DNA of 64,000 nt from Octopus vulgaris (GCA_951406725.2 OX597818.1:66154001-66218000), one strand, 5' to 3'. Positions 14,403-28,383 are shown, numbered from the stretch's first letter. Numbers and translations: made by a program. The notes: a model not told the origin generated them from the letters alone.

Positions 14403-14612
14403 CGGCGAGATAGCAGAAACGTTAGCACGCCGGGCGAAATGATTAGCGTTATTTCGTCTGTGTTTAAATGCTGAGTTCAAATTACACCTTGGTCGACTTT
14501 CCCTTTCATCCTTCCGTAGTCGGTAAATTGCGTAACATTTGCGTACTAGGGTCGATCTAATCGACAAGCTTCTTTCCGCAAACTTTCAGGCCTTATGACT
14601 AGAGTAGAAAAA
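14403..14612 (+). mobile_element. tRNA-related SINE family B
   Basis: Head ggcgagatagcagaaacgttagc, B-box-like gagttcaaatt, and a central gtcgactttccctttcatcctt..gtcggtaaa segment that resembles a conserved metazoan SINE central domain. Confidence 0.65.
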
Positions 14613-15276
14613 ATATGGGATAAATCAATGAGCAAAATATTGGAAGGCAGGGGACAATATATATCATATGTATATATTATATTGATAGAGTCAATTACGG
14701 TGATGTATATTTTTTAATATCAAACAGTGAGTGAAAGCAGCAAGAAATGGTTTCTATGTAGTTCCATTAACTTAACCAGGCATCGAATTGACCTAACTTA
14801 CTGCCATTCCTGGATGCGTTTCAACTTAAATGATTCTACACGTTGTACGAGATTCTTTAAATGTTCTTCCTGGCATCACGTGGTAGCATTTTCCTGTGGA
14901 CAGATATTGTATAATAGTCGATTAAATATATCATACTACGCAACATTATCGTATACACACACATCAACACACAGAGGTAGGTGTTGTTTTACTGTGCTAC
15001 TATTATACGGTTCATGGTTTACTTTGCGCTGGAGTATTTCTATGTCACAGGCTGCGAATCAAAGCACCGAGGCATTGTTTTATCTCCAAATGCTCTTATT
15101 ATACCACACCACGTCAACTCCGTCCCCTTACATTTTCTTCATATCATTTTATTTTATAGACCTTTACACAAACATGCGCATCCATGTCCATATTCCACAC
15201 ACACGAACACGCATATACCTACAACAATACATATGCACATAAGCATATATATATGTATATATAATTGTGTCTTATA

Positions 15277-15363
<87 letters not shown>

Positions 15364-15524
15364 TACATATATATATACATATATATGTATGTATATACAT
15401 ATATACATACGTATATATGTACATATATATATGTATATATGTGTATATATAAATGAGTGTTTATGCATATATATGCTTAGATATGTATGTATCTATATAT
15501 ATATATATATATATGTATAGATAT

Positions 15525-15564
<40 letters not shown>

Positions 15565-16153
15565 GTGTGTGTTTAAATATATATATAAGCATGCATAAAC
15601 ATTTGTGTCCAAACGTAAATTTCGAACTGCGCATCGCCGTTTGCGTCTGCGCATACGCGAGTGTGTCTTTATATCTGTTCCTGTGAGAGTAATATCTATG
15701 CTGAAAGGTGTGGCTGTATATCTTTAATTTTAGCTGCTTCGCCGTCACATCTGCTCCACCTCTCTTCAGCTGTGTTTTCCTTTAGATTATTATTAATATT
15801 TCAGCCAACTTGAAAAGGATGTCACCATCAATTTCCTTGCTACAACATTACCTCCCGTATGAAAGACCGAGATATGTGCCGTAGCAATATAATAAGGTAA
15901 TGCTATGACATATTTTTTTCTATATTTTACAAAGTTGAAATAGAAGAAAGTACTTTTTGTTTTTTTTGCTATTAGCATTTTCTGACTCAGAATTAGTATA
16001 CATCACACAATTTTCCGTTTACAATGAGACCCACACTTAGATACACATGCAGACATAAACCGTATATGGACACGTGTCAATGTATACACACATTCTTAAT
16101 CGTAGATTTAAACGCACACATACACCTATATAAATGTGTTTGGCTCTTATATT

Positions 16154-16272
<119 letters not shown>

Positions 16273-16579
16273 GTATATATATATGTATGTATATATTTAT
16301 ATATATATATACATATATGTATGTATATATGTATATTATATTATATATATATATATGTATGCATATATATATATATATATATACATACATACATACATAC
16401 ATATATATATAGTTAGTGACCTGATCTGAGTTCGTGTGGTGAAACAAAAACAATTGCAGCCTGGGCGTGAAAAGTGTTTATAACACAATTAACCGTTAGA
16501 TTCACTTCAACATCTGAGTTTTATTTGCCAAAACATGTTCCTGTCTTTGAGACCGCGACCTGATGACTGATAATATTCC

Positions 16580-16683
16580 GCCGCGTGGCTTCGTGGTTTG
16601 GGCATTCGACTCACGATTGAAAGGTTGTGAGTTCAATTCGCGGCGATGCCTAGTGCCCCTGAGCAACACAGATTATTTCACGA
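16580..16683 (+). mobile_element. Degraded tRNA-derived SINE head
   Basis: A-box-like gtggcttcgtggtt and B-box-like gagttcaattc, followed by gcccctgagcaacac. Confidence 0.55.
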
Positions 16684-16689
16684 GTAACC

Positions 16690-16930
16690 TGTTCCGTTGA
16701 GCGTATCAGCTTGGTACCTCGTTCCGAAAGTCTCTCCGCAGTTAATATGTTTTTCATCCTACGCATGCGCAGATTAGCTATCACTTCGTGGGCGGCCGAG
16801 TGTCAGTTATTGTCCCTCGGTTATTGTGTACCATTTCAGCGTGTCGACATGCTAACCATTGAAGAACGTACGTTTCTAGTTGAATGGGTGTTTCGAGCTG
16901 GAAACATCTTTTAAATATTTATCCTGCAAA
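16690..16930 (+). mobile_element. Tc1/mariner-type transposase N-terminal remnant
   Basis: MLTIEERTFLVEWVFRAG resembles DUF4817-type transposase starts. It is short, so support is weak. Confidence 0.4.
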
Positions 16931-16990
16931 AAAATACTTACTGCGCGGGGGGGGTATTTACATTTATATACATCCATCCATACATATATG

Positions 16991-17387
<397 letters not shown>

Positions 17388-17934
17388 AAACAAAAGCAAA
17401 CACATATGCATATATACATACATATAAATATATAAATGTATCTATGTATGTATATATATAAACACACTACTTACTTGACTCATAACTGTATTTTCTGCTT
17501 CTCTATGAGATTTTCTTTCATATATAGGAGATATGTTTTACTTATTTTTGATCTATTCGCTGAAGCAGGGCTTCATATGCTTATTCTATGGTTTCAACGC
17601 TGGAGATTTAAGTGTTTGCTCTTTGATTCAGAGTCATTATTGAGTTTCTATAGCAACGTTGAAATTAGAATACCAAGATCTATGTCCCCTCCTAGCTCCC
17701 TAGCTTTTTACACAAACACACACGCAAATACACACACAAACGAGCACAAATATACGCACTCACAAATATGAATATATAAGAACATACATATGTGTGTGTA
17801 TGTGTGTCTATGTGTGTGCATGCTTTCTTGCATGTTTTCCGTACGTGTGTACAATTACGTCTTTGTCATACATAACCATACACACAAACGCATATGCACA
17901 AATATATATATATATATATATGTATATATATGTG

Positions 17935-17984
<50 letters not shown>

Positions 17985-18691
17985 TTTATATATATATTTA
18001 TATATATATTTATATATATAAATATATATATATATACTTGTATTAATATTTATATATAAACGTTTTAGATACGTATCTGAAATGTTTTGAATATGTATAT
18101 AAATGCTCGTATTATACCGGTTACAATGTGCCGATAAATATAGGATAAATATACAATGTAGGATAAATATAACAATAATAATAACCATACATGGAAGGAA
18201 TTTATGCGTATTTTAACGCATCGCTACAGGCGTTTCTACAAAATATAGGTTTCTTAAGATCATTGTCCGTATTTTGGGAGTCATTACTGCGTAGTCTATA
18301 TTATCCAAGGACATCTAGAAGATCATGTTCATGCAGTCATTTCTTCGGCTGATATAGCATTAATGGATACTCATGTGAGGGTTGTGTATCAATCTTGACC
18401 AACCAATGAAAAGTTTCATTGGAGTATGTGGGCCACATTGGAGGTGTGTAGTTGATTGGAAGGGGTGGAATGTGATGGAAGGAAAGAAAGAAATGGTAGT
18501 CATATGATGGTGGAGTGTGTGCTGTTCTACTTATTTGCTATTTGAAAATGCTGTTGTCAGGATGGGTCAGATGTTTGGTTCGACCTTATATACACACACA
18601 TATAGTTGTATATATACACAAATACATGTATATATATATATACATAGATATTTATATACATATATATATGTATATAAATATAAATATATAT

Positions 18692-18763
<72 letters not shown>

Positions 18764-18802
18764 TATATATTCAGGCATGCCTACATACATAAGTGTATAC
18801 AA

Positions 18803-18888
<86 letters not shown>

Positions 18889-19660
18889 GCATACTCGGAC
18901 CTTCAGTAATTGTTATTTCCGCGAAATATAAATAAAAATATACATTCTTATATTTGTGTGTTTTGTTTTACATCTTTATATATATCGATACCGTATACCT
19001 GCGCTCTGAACACATTGCAATGACATGTTCCCATTATTGTCATAATAAGAGATATAATTATATCCACAACAGCAGTATATTCACCTATAAATTTATTCTT
19101 GAAGAGCACTTGTTAGGTTATGAATTGGGAACAACTTATAATCATAGGACATATATTTGAAAAATACAGTTACCATAGCCGAAGTTACATTGAATGCCAG
19201 TTCAGCATGACATATTTCATGTATCAAAAATTGCTGATTATCTGTGTTTTCTCTGGAACAATCAATAGCTCAGTGTGTATCTTTGAGGAAAATTACAAAA
19301 TGGTATACATTGTGTAAAATCTTGTTGGAGTACGGCAATGTAGCAATATTCCGTTTTATTGTGTTGAACAGATTCGCATATCAATCTTTTGTACGGTGTT
19401 GATGGACGATCTAATTTCCGTTGCCCAAACTGGGAGATAACTCCTATCAAATCTTTAATCATTCTGCGGCACCGAACTGAAGAATCTTAGTCGACCGAAT
19501 TGACCCCAGCATGTATCTAAGCTAGGTACATAATCAATCTTCTGACACCCAGAAATGCAGACTCTGTGGAAAGAGTATGGAAAATGTTACCCTGTTGGTG
19601 TATGGTCACTTTCTGAAATAGCTCGAGCAGAAGACAGTATTATGCTAAAATAAATATATA

Positions 19661-20063
19661 GGCGCTGGAGTGGCTGTGTGGTAGGTAACTTGCTAACCAA
19701 CCACATAGTTCCGGGTTCAGTCCCACTGTGTGGCATCTTGGGCAAGTGTCTTCTGCTATAGCCCCGGGCCGACCAATGCCTTGTGAGTGGATTTGGTAGA
19801 CGGAAACTGAAAAAAGCATGTCGTATATATGTATATGTATGTGTGTGTATGTGTTTGTGTGTTTGTGTTTGTCTCCCTAGCATTGCTTGACAACCGATGC
19901 TGGTGTGTTTACGTCCCCGTCACTTAGCGGTTCGGCAAAAGAGTTCGATAGAATAAATACTGGGCTTACAAAGAATAAGTCCCGGGGTCGATATGCTCGA
20001 CTAAAGGCGGTGTTCCAGCATGGCCGCAGTCAAATGACTGAAACAAGTAAAAGAGAAAAGAGA
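19661..20063 (+). mobile_element. Full-length SINE family A
   Basis: tRNA-like head, internal (TA)/(TG) microsatellite, body, and tail ggcggtgttccagcatggccgcagtcaaatgactgaaac followed by aaaagag repeats. Confidence 0.9.
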
Positions 20064-21516
20064 TATAATAATGAGCCAACATCCGTAGCCTCCTCGAAAC
20101 TCATTTATTTCTGTGTAGTTGGGGACTGAAAGTCTTAAGCAGGTAGCTTTGTAAAACGATACGGATTCAAAAGAAAACGCATGCAACACAAAAAGACCAA
20201 ACATTCCGAACAGTGATTAACAGATTCCACTATGCTTAACATAAGGCAAAATATTCTATCCCTCAGAAATGAAAACTAAACATATATCACAGTATAAACG
20301 TACGTAAAAACCCAAGGTAAAAATACAAATGAGTAAAACCTATGCAAACATGGTAAGTGATATAAAGCCGAGCAGAAATAACATACAACTATTTTTTAAA
20401 ATGCTTCTTCCGTTTTCTTGAACCTGCATGGGAACATGTAAAACAGTCGAATATACCACAATTGAATGTATAGGTCAACAGGGAATAAAATCTTATAAGA
20501 ATCTTAAAGGATTGCAGTTCGCTTAGAAATCTATCTGTAATTGCCGGTGGAGGCTTTCCCTTGAAATTATATTAATGAAACATTCATGATAAAATTGATA
20601 AATATAACAACGTGACACAAAAGATAAATTCAAATAAACAAACACAATATCGTTATTTCCTAGTAGCAATGTAAACATGAATACTGAGTTGTTAGAAATC
20701 GCAGAAAGTAAAAGAACCAGAAACGCTGTATTGATCACCTGAAAAACTTAGACAAATGATAGAGTAAAGGAAGCATGTTGCTAGCGAGGAACAAGGAATC
20801 GCACCATATTTTAATGACTACTACACATGAAACCTCACACGAAAGGGAGAAGCCTTCTTTCATACAAAATCGGTTAAATTTGAAAGTATTTACTCCAATT
20901 CACCCAAACGGAAATCGAGACAATTAGAATTGAAAAGTAAATAAAATTAAAGTGTGACATACATTCAGGCTTATTTATCAGAATATATATGGAAAGAAAC
21001 AAGAAATCTCGAATCGGAAGAAAATTAAAATAAATATCTATAAGCACAGAAATTCTTCAGAAGAATCTCAGAAAAAAAGATGACTTCAATTTAATCAGAA
21101 TCACGTATTTGAAATGTGGGGAAAAAAACATCTGACAAATCATGAAAATAAAAAAGTCGTCTGCAGATGAAATTAGAAAATAGTAGCGCAATATCCTACA
21201 AAGTAAAACACCAATTATTCTGGGAGAGTATTGAATGGTAAATATGAAAAACAATATAAGTATATAGCCGAGAAAGTAAACGAGAATGGAAAGCAAAATA
21301 TGATAATACTACAAACAGGGCCGGAGATAAACGTTACTGATTTTGCAAAATATATGCGTAAAAAACAGCACGTCTAAAGCACAACCTATAAATATATACC
21401 GAGTACACGCAAGGCAACAAAAGTAAGATACACCCCTTATAATTAGATTGAAAAGAAAGCAATATAAGCACCGTAAATCAAAGTCAAATCATAGTCCTTT
21501 AGGATTTATTGCATCC

Positions 21517-21584
<68 letters not shown>

Positions 21585-21597
21585 GGATGGATGTGTG

Positions 21598-21639
<42 letters not shown>

Positions 21640-21651
<12 letters not shown>

Positions 21652-22099
21652 GGCAGTTTGTCTGTCTGTGTGTCTGTGTGTCTGCCAGGTTGTACCCTCA
21701 CCCTGACCACGGCTTTCAACCGATTCTGATGAAACTTGACACACACATAGCCCAATGTCATAATTCAAAACTAACGCAGCGAAAATTTTGAAAAGTTCCC
21801 CCAGTTCTGAAAAAATCGATAAATTCGACATGGGGTCGAGAATCTAAGCTTTTTATATGCAACACATTTTCTGGGGTGTACGTGGGCTGTTCACGTGTTG
21901 GGAGGCGCACTGATGTTTTCATGTTTTCGCCCAAAGGGACAGCTAAGAACATCGTATACACAGAAGTATTCGAGTGAAGAGAAGACATTGCAACCTACAC
22001 ATGCGCCTTCGTTCCCTAGAGGGAAAGGACTAGATTGGGATTAGTCGTTGCCTTCTAGGGGCTCTTACATACCCGGGCAACGCCGGGCTATGCTGCTAG
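21640..22099 (+). mobile_element. Non-autonomous Helitron with helicase C-terminal remnant
   Basis: 3' hairpin cccgggcaacgccggg then CTAG|T. 21876-21977 encodes VYVGCSRVG...KNIVYTEVF*, the Pif1-like RepHel C-terminus. The first ~200 bp are shared with 60930-61140. Confidence 0.85.
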
Positions 22100-22158
22100 T
22101 ATATATATATGTATGTGTGTGTGCATGTGTATGTATGTATATGAATATATATATATAC

Positions 22159-22201
<43 letters not shown>

Positions 22202-23800
22202 TAGGGAGACTTTCATGAAGGGATTAGGGTGATTGATGTGCAGAAGCTGTCATATTTACTGTACATGCGCAGTTGTATCCTTGAAAGTACTCTAACGTAA
22301 TGGAGTTATTTCAACATTGAATCATTGTCATCCGTGTACATATATATATATGTATGTATGTATGTATGTGCTTGTGTGTTTTTTCTCAAGAGAAATATGT
22401 TGCTGTTCAATTTGATATAATGTGAAAACACATTGAAAAATATTAGATGAGTATAAAAAATTATTTGTCTCAATACTCCGATCAAATTCTTTGTTTCTTA
22501 TAATCTTTAGTTTTGTTGTTGAAAGTCTGAACACATCCAGCAGGTTATGTATCATTTCCACTGCTATCCGTCATATAAGGGGAGACTTCGGAAATTTCCT
22601 CCATGGGAACTATGAAAAAATATAGCATACATATAATAATTATAGTCTTTTATTCAATTTCTTGATTGCCAATACAAAATGACGATATGCAAACTGATTT
22701 TTAGAGCAAAACTTAATCAATACATTAAAATAAATGAAACGAAGCAAATTTTGGCTTTGTGCAATACACGTTTATGATGGCTTTTCTAAAAGTTACCAAC
22801 ATAACTGCAATCTAGTCCAGCGAAAATTAATCTGTATAGAATTTATTAAATGGATATGTATTATGATTTCTACTTGTGTGTCCGTTTTCCTCCTTCATCT
22901 TAGAGTATGAAGCGCGACTGGACAATCAACCAAACAACCCGTTAACATTTATATCCATCATCATTAAATACAGATTATAGAGAAACCTTTTTGTGGTATA
23001 GTGGAGAAACATGCCGGTGAGATAATGTATCGACAATAACTTCAATTACAATCTCTTAGATAAATGCACGGGAAGAAATGCCATGACTAAATAATAACAA
23101 AATAAGAATTTGTGATGATTGTTTCTTCAGTATTTCTTCATCGTAATTTGATATCAATCTCTTTATTATTTATCTAACGTAAAGTTATATCATTTTTCAC
23201 TTTGACTAACATATTCATTCGCTCTGCCATTTTAAAATATAACACTCAAATGATTATCGTAATGATTGTCGTTATATAAAGTTCCTTACACTTAATTTTG
23301 TCGATTTTTGTAGGTAATTTTTTAAATGCCTTTCAAACTTAACCGAATGTTAAGATAAAATGGATACACCAATAGATATTTTTTGAAACGTTGATATACA
23401 CTTTCCAAAACTTTAAATTTTTCTCAGAACCGTCATTATTTCAACCATTTTCTATTTGATAATACTGTATCAAATTATAGGCTTTTACAAAATATACGAT
23501 ATTTTATTTTACCTTATCCAGGTATATAATTATATCATATTTCTTCGGAAACATAATGTGGCAGATTTTCAAGTAGAATTTAAAGGAATATCGATGTTTA
23601 ATTTATAGTGTCATCATACAAATTATTTTTACTTTCGGAAAATTTGCAACTGCAGATTTTCAATCTAGATGTAAAATAAGAGAATGCACGTAGTTGGCTA
23701 TAATCGAAGAATAAGGAATTCATTTGTATTTACTTAACATTTTGCAATTTTGAAAGTTCCAAACTTGGGTACAAGTTCGTTTGTATAGCCAGCTGGAGAC

Positions 23801-24330
23801 GATGTCTCCTGGGACTAAATTACAGCAACATTCGTCCTAGACTAGGACTGCATGTTATGTTGGAAAACAATATTTATAACAAAGTACAGTTGCTGAATAT
23901 CTCTCGTTGTGAGATTTAGAAATAGTAATTTTCTAATTCGTTTCTGTCTATTATCTTTAAACTGTTTAAAATGCAGCCATGCTTCAGCACCGTCTTCCAG
24001 CCCAACGAGTAATTCTCAGTACAAAATTATTCCAAGCATCGTACTTATTCTATAGAGGTGTGTTGCACAACTGCTAAGTAACGGAAAGTAGAAAAAGTAA
24101 CACGATTTAGAAAATTAATATTTTTAAATCTCATAATGTGAGATGTTCAGCAACAGTACTTTGTAGTAAAGATTGTTTGCCAACATAACATGGCAGTCCT
24201 GGTTTAGGTCAAATGTTCTTGTAATTTGCTGTAAATGTCTCCTGGGTCTAAATTACAGCAATATTCGTCCTAAACCTTAACGGCCATGTAATATTGACAA
24301 ACAATCTTTACTACTAACAGGAGTTGTTCT
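23801..24330. repeat. Three ~100-bp diverged units in direct/inverted/direct arrangement
   Basis: 23801-23903 (+), 24140-24228 (inverted) and 24235-24330 (+) share atgtctcctggg.ctaaattacagcaa.attcgtccta or its downstream part. Confidence 0.8.
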
Positions 24331-25290
24331 GTGGTGAACGGAGGGATCGTCAGAGACACAAGTACACAAGTCACACATAAATGCGCACACAGACATATGT
24401 ATATATATTCAGCTATAAACACACACATATATCATTCTGTACACGCACACACACACACGCACGCACGCACACACACGCACGCACGCACACACACACACGC
24501 ACGCACACACACACACGCACACACACACACACACGCACACACACACGTGTATATATTAACATAACATGAAATATAGAGATTATCATTCGTATAAGATAAA
24601 TAGAAAACTGAATTACCGGATTCTGATACGTGGTAATCTCTTGTAATCTCCACTAATTTAAGTGTAGTAATTTCAGATTACTGTAACCGGAACAATAGTT
24701 TTCTAAAACTTACATAGTTGAGTATCAAGAAATCTGTATCATTTACATTAAAGTACAGAGAATTGTATTTAATTTAATCAATTAAATTTAATTAAATTTG
24801 TGTCAGAGTGTGGACTTTTTAGTTCCTTCAGCAAATCAGTAATTCCGTAATACTTCGAACCAGTCGTTGGTAAACACAAATTTACTTACATATCAAAAAC
24901 AAATTTTCCTTCCAGAACAAAAATAATAAAAAGAATTAATATCCCCAGTGTAAAAAATCGGATCATTTTGAATATTCTGCTGTCCAGATACGTACTTGTC
25001 AGACTAAAATCAGCGAATTTCATTGCAAATTAATTGCTCCGGTTTTAAATTCAAATTAAGCCTTGTGCTTCTTAATACCTGCGATAAATCACTGCCTTTA
25101 AACACGAAAATGAAGCTTGTTTCGGTGATTCTCTAGCATTTGTATATCTTCATTCTTTGAGAAGCGAGCGTCTGTTGTCTGTCAATTGATTCGTTGTTCC
25201 AATTGACATCAAAATGACAAAATTTTTCAGGACTAAATAGATCGACTCAACTGCAGAAGACGTATTTCATTGACAATAAATCACCGATAG

Positions 25291-25478
25291 GGCACAGGAG
25301 TGGCTGTGTGGTAAGTAGCTTGCTAACCAACCACATGATTCCGGGTTCAGTCCCACTGCGTGGTATCTTGGGCAAGTATCTTCTGCTATAGCCCCGGGCC
25401 GACCAATGTCTTGTGAGTGGATTTAGTGGACTGAAACTGAAAGAAGCCTGTCGTATATATATATATATATATATATAT

Positions 25479-25536
<58 letters not shown>

Positions 25537-25764
25537 ATGCGTGTGTGTTTGTGTGTCTGTGTTTGTCTCCCTAGCATTGCTTGACAGCCGATGCTGGTGT
25601 GTTTACGTCCCCGTTACTTAGCGTTTGGGCAAAAGAGACTGATAGAATAAGTACTGGGCTTACAAAGAATAAGTCCCGGGGTCGATTTGATCGACTAAAG
25701 GCGGTGCTCCAGCATGGCCGCAGTCAAATGACTGAAACAAGTAAAAGAGTAAAAGAGTAAGAGA
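25291..25764 (+). mobile_element. Full-length SINE family A
   Basis: Same layout as 19661, with a longer internal microsatellite and a (GTAAAAGA)n tail. Confidence 0.9.
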
Positions 25765-25829
25765 TAAAAATTAAGGTTGGATGGATAGTTGGGTTTCCAG
25801 TCCCGCATTATGCTATATAGAAAGAAAGA

Positions 25830-25887
<58 letters not shown>

Positions 25888-25898
25888 CAGACAGCCCA

Positions 25899-27790
25899 TT
25901 TCTGAAAGGCATGTGAAAGTAAGAGCGAGAAGTAGATGCCAAACAATGTAGAAGCGAGGACACAACCTTGCTCTACCCCGTTTTTTATTTGGAAGGCGGC
26001 TGATGTTGAACCGTTGTGCTGTATGGTGCCTTGCATGTCATCTTGGAAAGACTTGATGATCCTCAGCAGCTTTGGTGGACATCCGATTTTTTGGAGCAGG
26101 ATGAAGAGGACTGTTCTGCTTACCGAGTCAAAAGCCTTTGTTAGATCAATGAAGGCCATATATAATGCCATTTTTCTGCTCTCTGGACTTCTCCTGAAGT
26201 TGGCGCATGGAGAATATCATATCGATAGTTGATCTGCTTCTTCTAATACCACACTGCGATTCCGGATAGATTCGAGAAGCAAGTTGTTGTAGCCTGGCCA
26301 GGATAACGCGGGCAAAGGTCATTCCAACAGTGCTTAGAAGGGATATACCACGGTAATTGTTACAATCACCACGGTCACCTTTGTTTTTGTAAAGCGTAAT
26401 GATGTTAGCATCCCGCATATCCTGAGGGACTGTACCCTCTTCCCAGCACTGACACAGAAGCTCATGACGGTGCCGAAGCAGGATGGTGTTTTTGCCGGCT
26501 TTGATGATCTCTGAGGGGATGCCGTCTTTTCCCGGAGCCTTATTTCTTGCTAGGGAGTCAACAGCCTTGGTGAGCTCTGCTATAGATGGCGGACTGTCAA
26601 GTTCGCACGTGACTGGCAAGATCTTGACACTCTCGACTGCAGCCTCAGCCACTGTGGTCTCCCGTGAGTAGAGATCCTGGTAGTGCTCCACCCATCTATC
26701 TATTTGCTTGCCTTGATCCCTGATGAGATCTCCAGTAGTTGATTTCAGAGGGGATGACTTGGTTGCGGATGGACCGAGGGCCTTCTTCAAACCGGCATAC
26801 ATCTCACAGGTGTCGCCCCTGTCAGCAGCTGACTGGATACTCTGACAGATTTCCTGCCAATACCCATTTGCACAGCGTCTGGCTGTCAGTTGGGTTTTAT
26901 TTCGTGCTTTTCTGAGTTGTTCGAGTGACTTTGTAGAAGAGTCACTCTTGTATTGCACCAGAGCTGCACGCTTTGCTTCGATAACTGGCTCCAGCTCTGA
27001 GAGCCCAGCATCGAACCAATCTGGGTTTTGCCTTTCTCTCATGCCGAAAGTATCCATTGATGTCGTATACAAGGCTTCCCTGATATAGTCCCACCTACTT
27101 TCAGCAGAGGAGGTTGGGCAGCTACTGAGGGCAACCTTGATAGAAGCAGTAAAACATTTTGGCAGTGTAGCGTCCGAGGTTCTGGCGGTGTTGATGCGTG
27201 GTCGGCCCACTTTCTTGGGGCGATGGACTTTTTTAGGCAGAATCCTCACGCTACTTCTAATTAGTGTGTAGTCTGTGTCACAATCCGCGTTGTGGTAACT
27301 GCGGGTCAATAGAGTAGAATTCAGAAAGGATCTCCGTTTAATGATGAGATCCAGCTGATGCCAGTGGTGAGATCTTGGATGTCTCCAGGATGCCTTGTGG
27401 GATGGCTTGTTGGTAAAGAATGTGTTTGTGATGCACAGGTTGTGGTATGTGCAAAATTCGAGTAGTCTCTGACCATTGTCATTCATGTTGCCAATAGCAA
27501 AGTGTCCAACACAAATGGGCCACGAATCATGGTCAGATCCCACGCGAGCGTTAAAATCCCCTAGAAGGTAGATATTTTCAGTCGTTGGTATATTTTCTAT
27601 GACATAGTTGAGATCTTTGTAGAACTGGTCCTTGGTCTCCTCTGAGCTGTAGAGAGTGGGAGCATAGATGCTGAGTAGATGTACTGAGCCAGAAGAAGTC
27701 GAGAGGCGCAGTGAGAGGATACGCTCAGTGCCTCCCGGTGGTGGTTCTATTGAGGAGAGTAGTGAGTTTCTCACTGCAAAGCCAACGCCA
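25899..27790 (-). mobile_element. RTE-clade LINE body (APE endonuclease C-part and RT N-part), frameshifted and 3'-truncated
   Basis: 542-aa ORF with YAPT, LGDFNARVG, HWHQLD and NYRGISLL. After a frameshift near 26170 it continues FIDLTKAFDSV and GVEQGCVL. It stops before the YADD motif, next to a (GA)n array. Confidence 0.93.
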
Positions 27791-28331
27791 AAACTGGAGA
27801 GGACACTTCAGTGCTGCTGTAAAAAGCAGCAGAAACAACACGGGAGGTAACAGTCACGAGTGATAAGTCCATTCAGATTGGCGTAAAATATGGGCGCTAC
27901 GGGTTACCTCTGACGATGGGAGGGACCTCCGTGTCCTATTGGTTAGCTACTGCCCACCTCAAGCTGGGCAGTCCCCAGTTAATAAGGTGCTGACCCGCCA
28001 CAAGCCGCCTGCTCCATTGGGTGCTTGGAGCTAAGAGTATGACTCGAAAAGCGGCCTGCAACGTCTGCACCAGGCAAGCAACTAAAAGTCAAGAAAACAC
28101 CACTTCTGCGGTTGGCAAGCTGGAATGTCAGGACCATGTGTCCTGGAATATCTGATGATCTTCTCAGGATTGAAGACACAAGGAAAACGGCCATCATTGA
28201 CCGTGAACTAAAGAGGCTCAACATAGATATTGCTGGGCTGCTGGAGACAAGACTTCCCTCAAACGGCAAACTCAAAGAGCAGGATTTCACCTTCTTTTGG
28301 CAGGGAAGAGATCCAGAAGAACCTCGGCAAC

Positions 28332-28334
<3 letters not shown>
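27791..28334 (+). mobile_element. Inverted 5' segment of the same RTE (5' UTR and APE N-terminus)
   Basis: The plus strand encodes LASWNVRTM...[10 protein letters not shown]...[14 protein letters not shown]. This continues as GVGFAVRNSLL on the minus strand from 27789. Confidence 0.92.

Positions 28335-28383
<49 letters not shown>

Noticed and set aside
18225-18290. Minus-strand GAAAC-gcct-GTA-gcg with a possible stem II
   Set aside because: No convincing CUGANGA core at the right position.
19661-19735. tRNA-like sequences at SINE heads (also 3063, 17130-17203, 25291, 57650-57723)
   Set aside because: They have A/B boxes but no complete cloverleaf, and they continue into SINE bodies, so they are not tRNA genes.
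23801-24330. CRISPR-like or other prokaryotic repeat-spacer system
   Set aside because: There are no regularly spaced identical repeats with unique spacers and no cas-like ORFs, and the context is eukaryotic.
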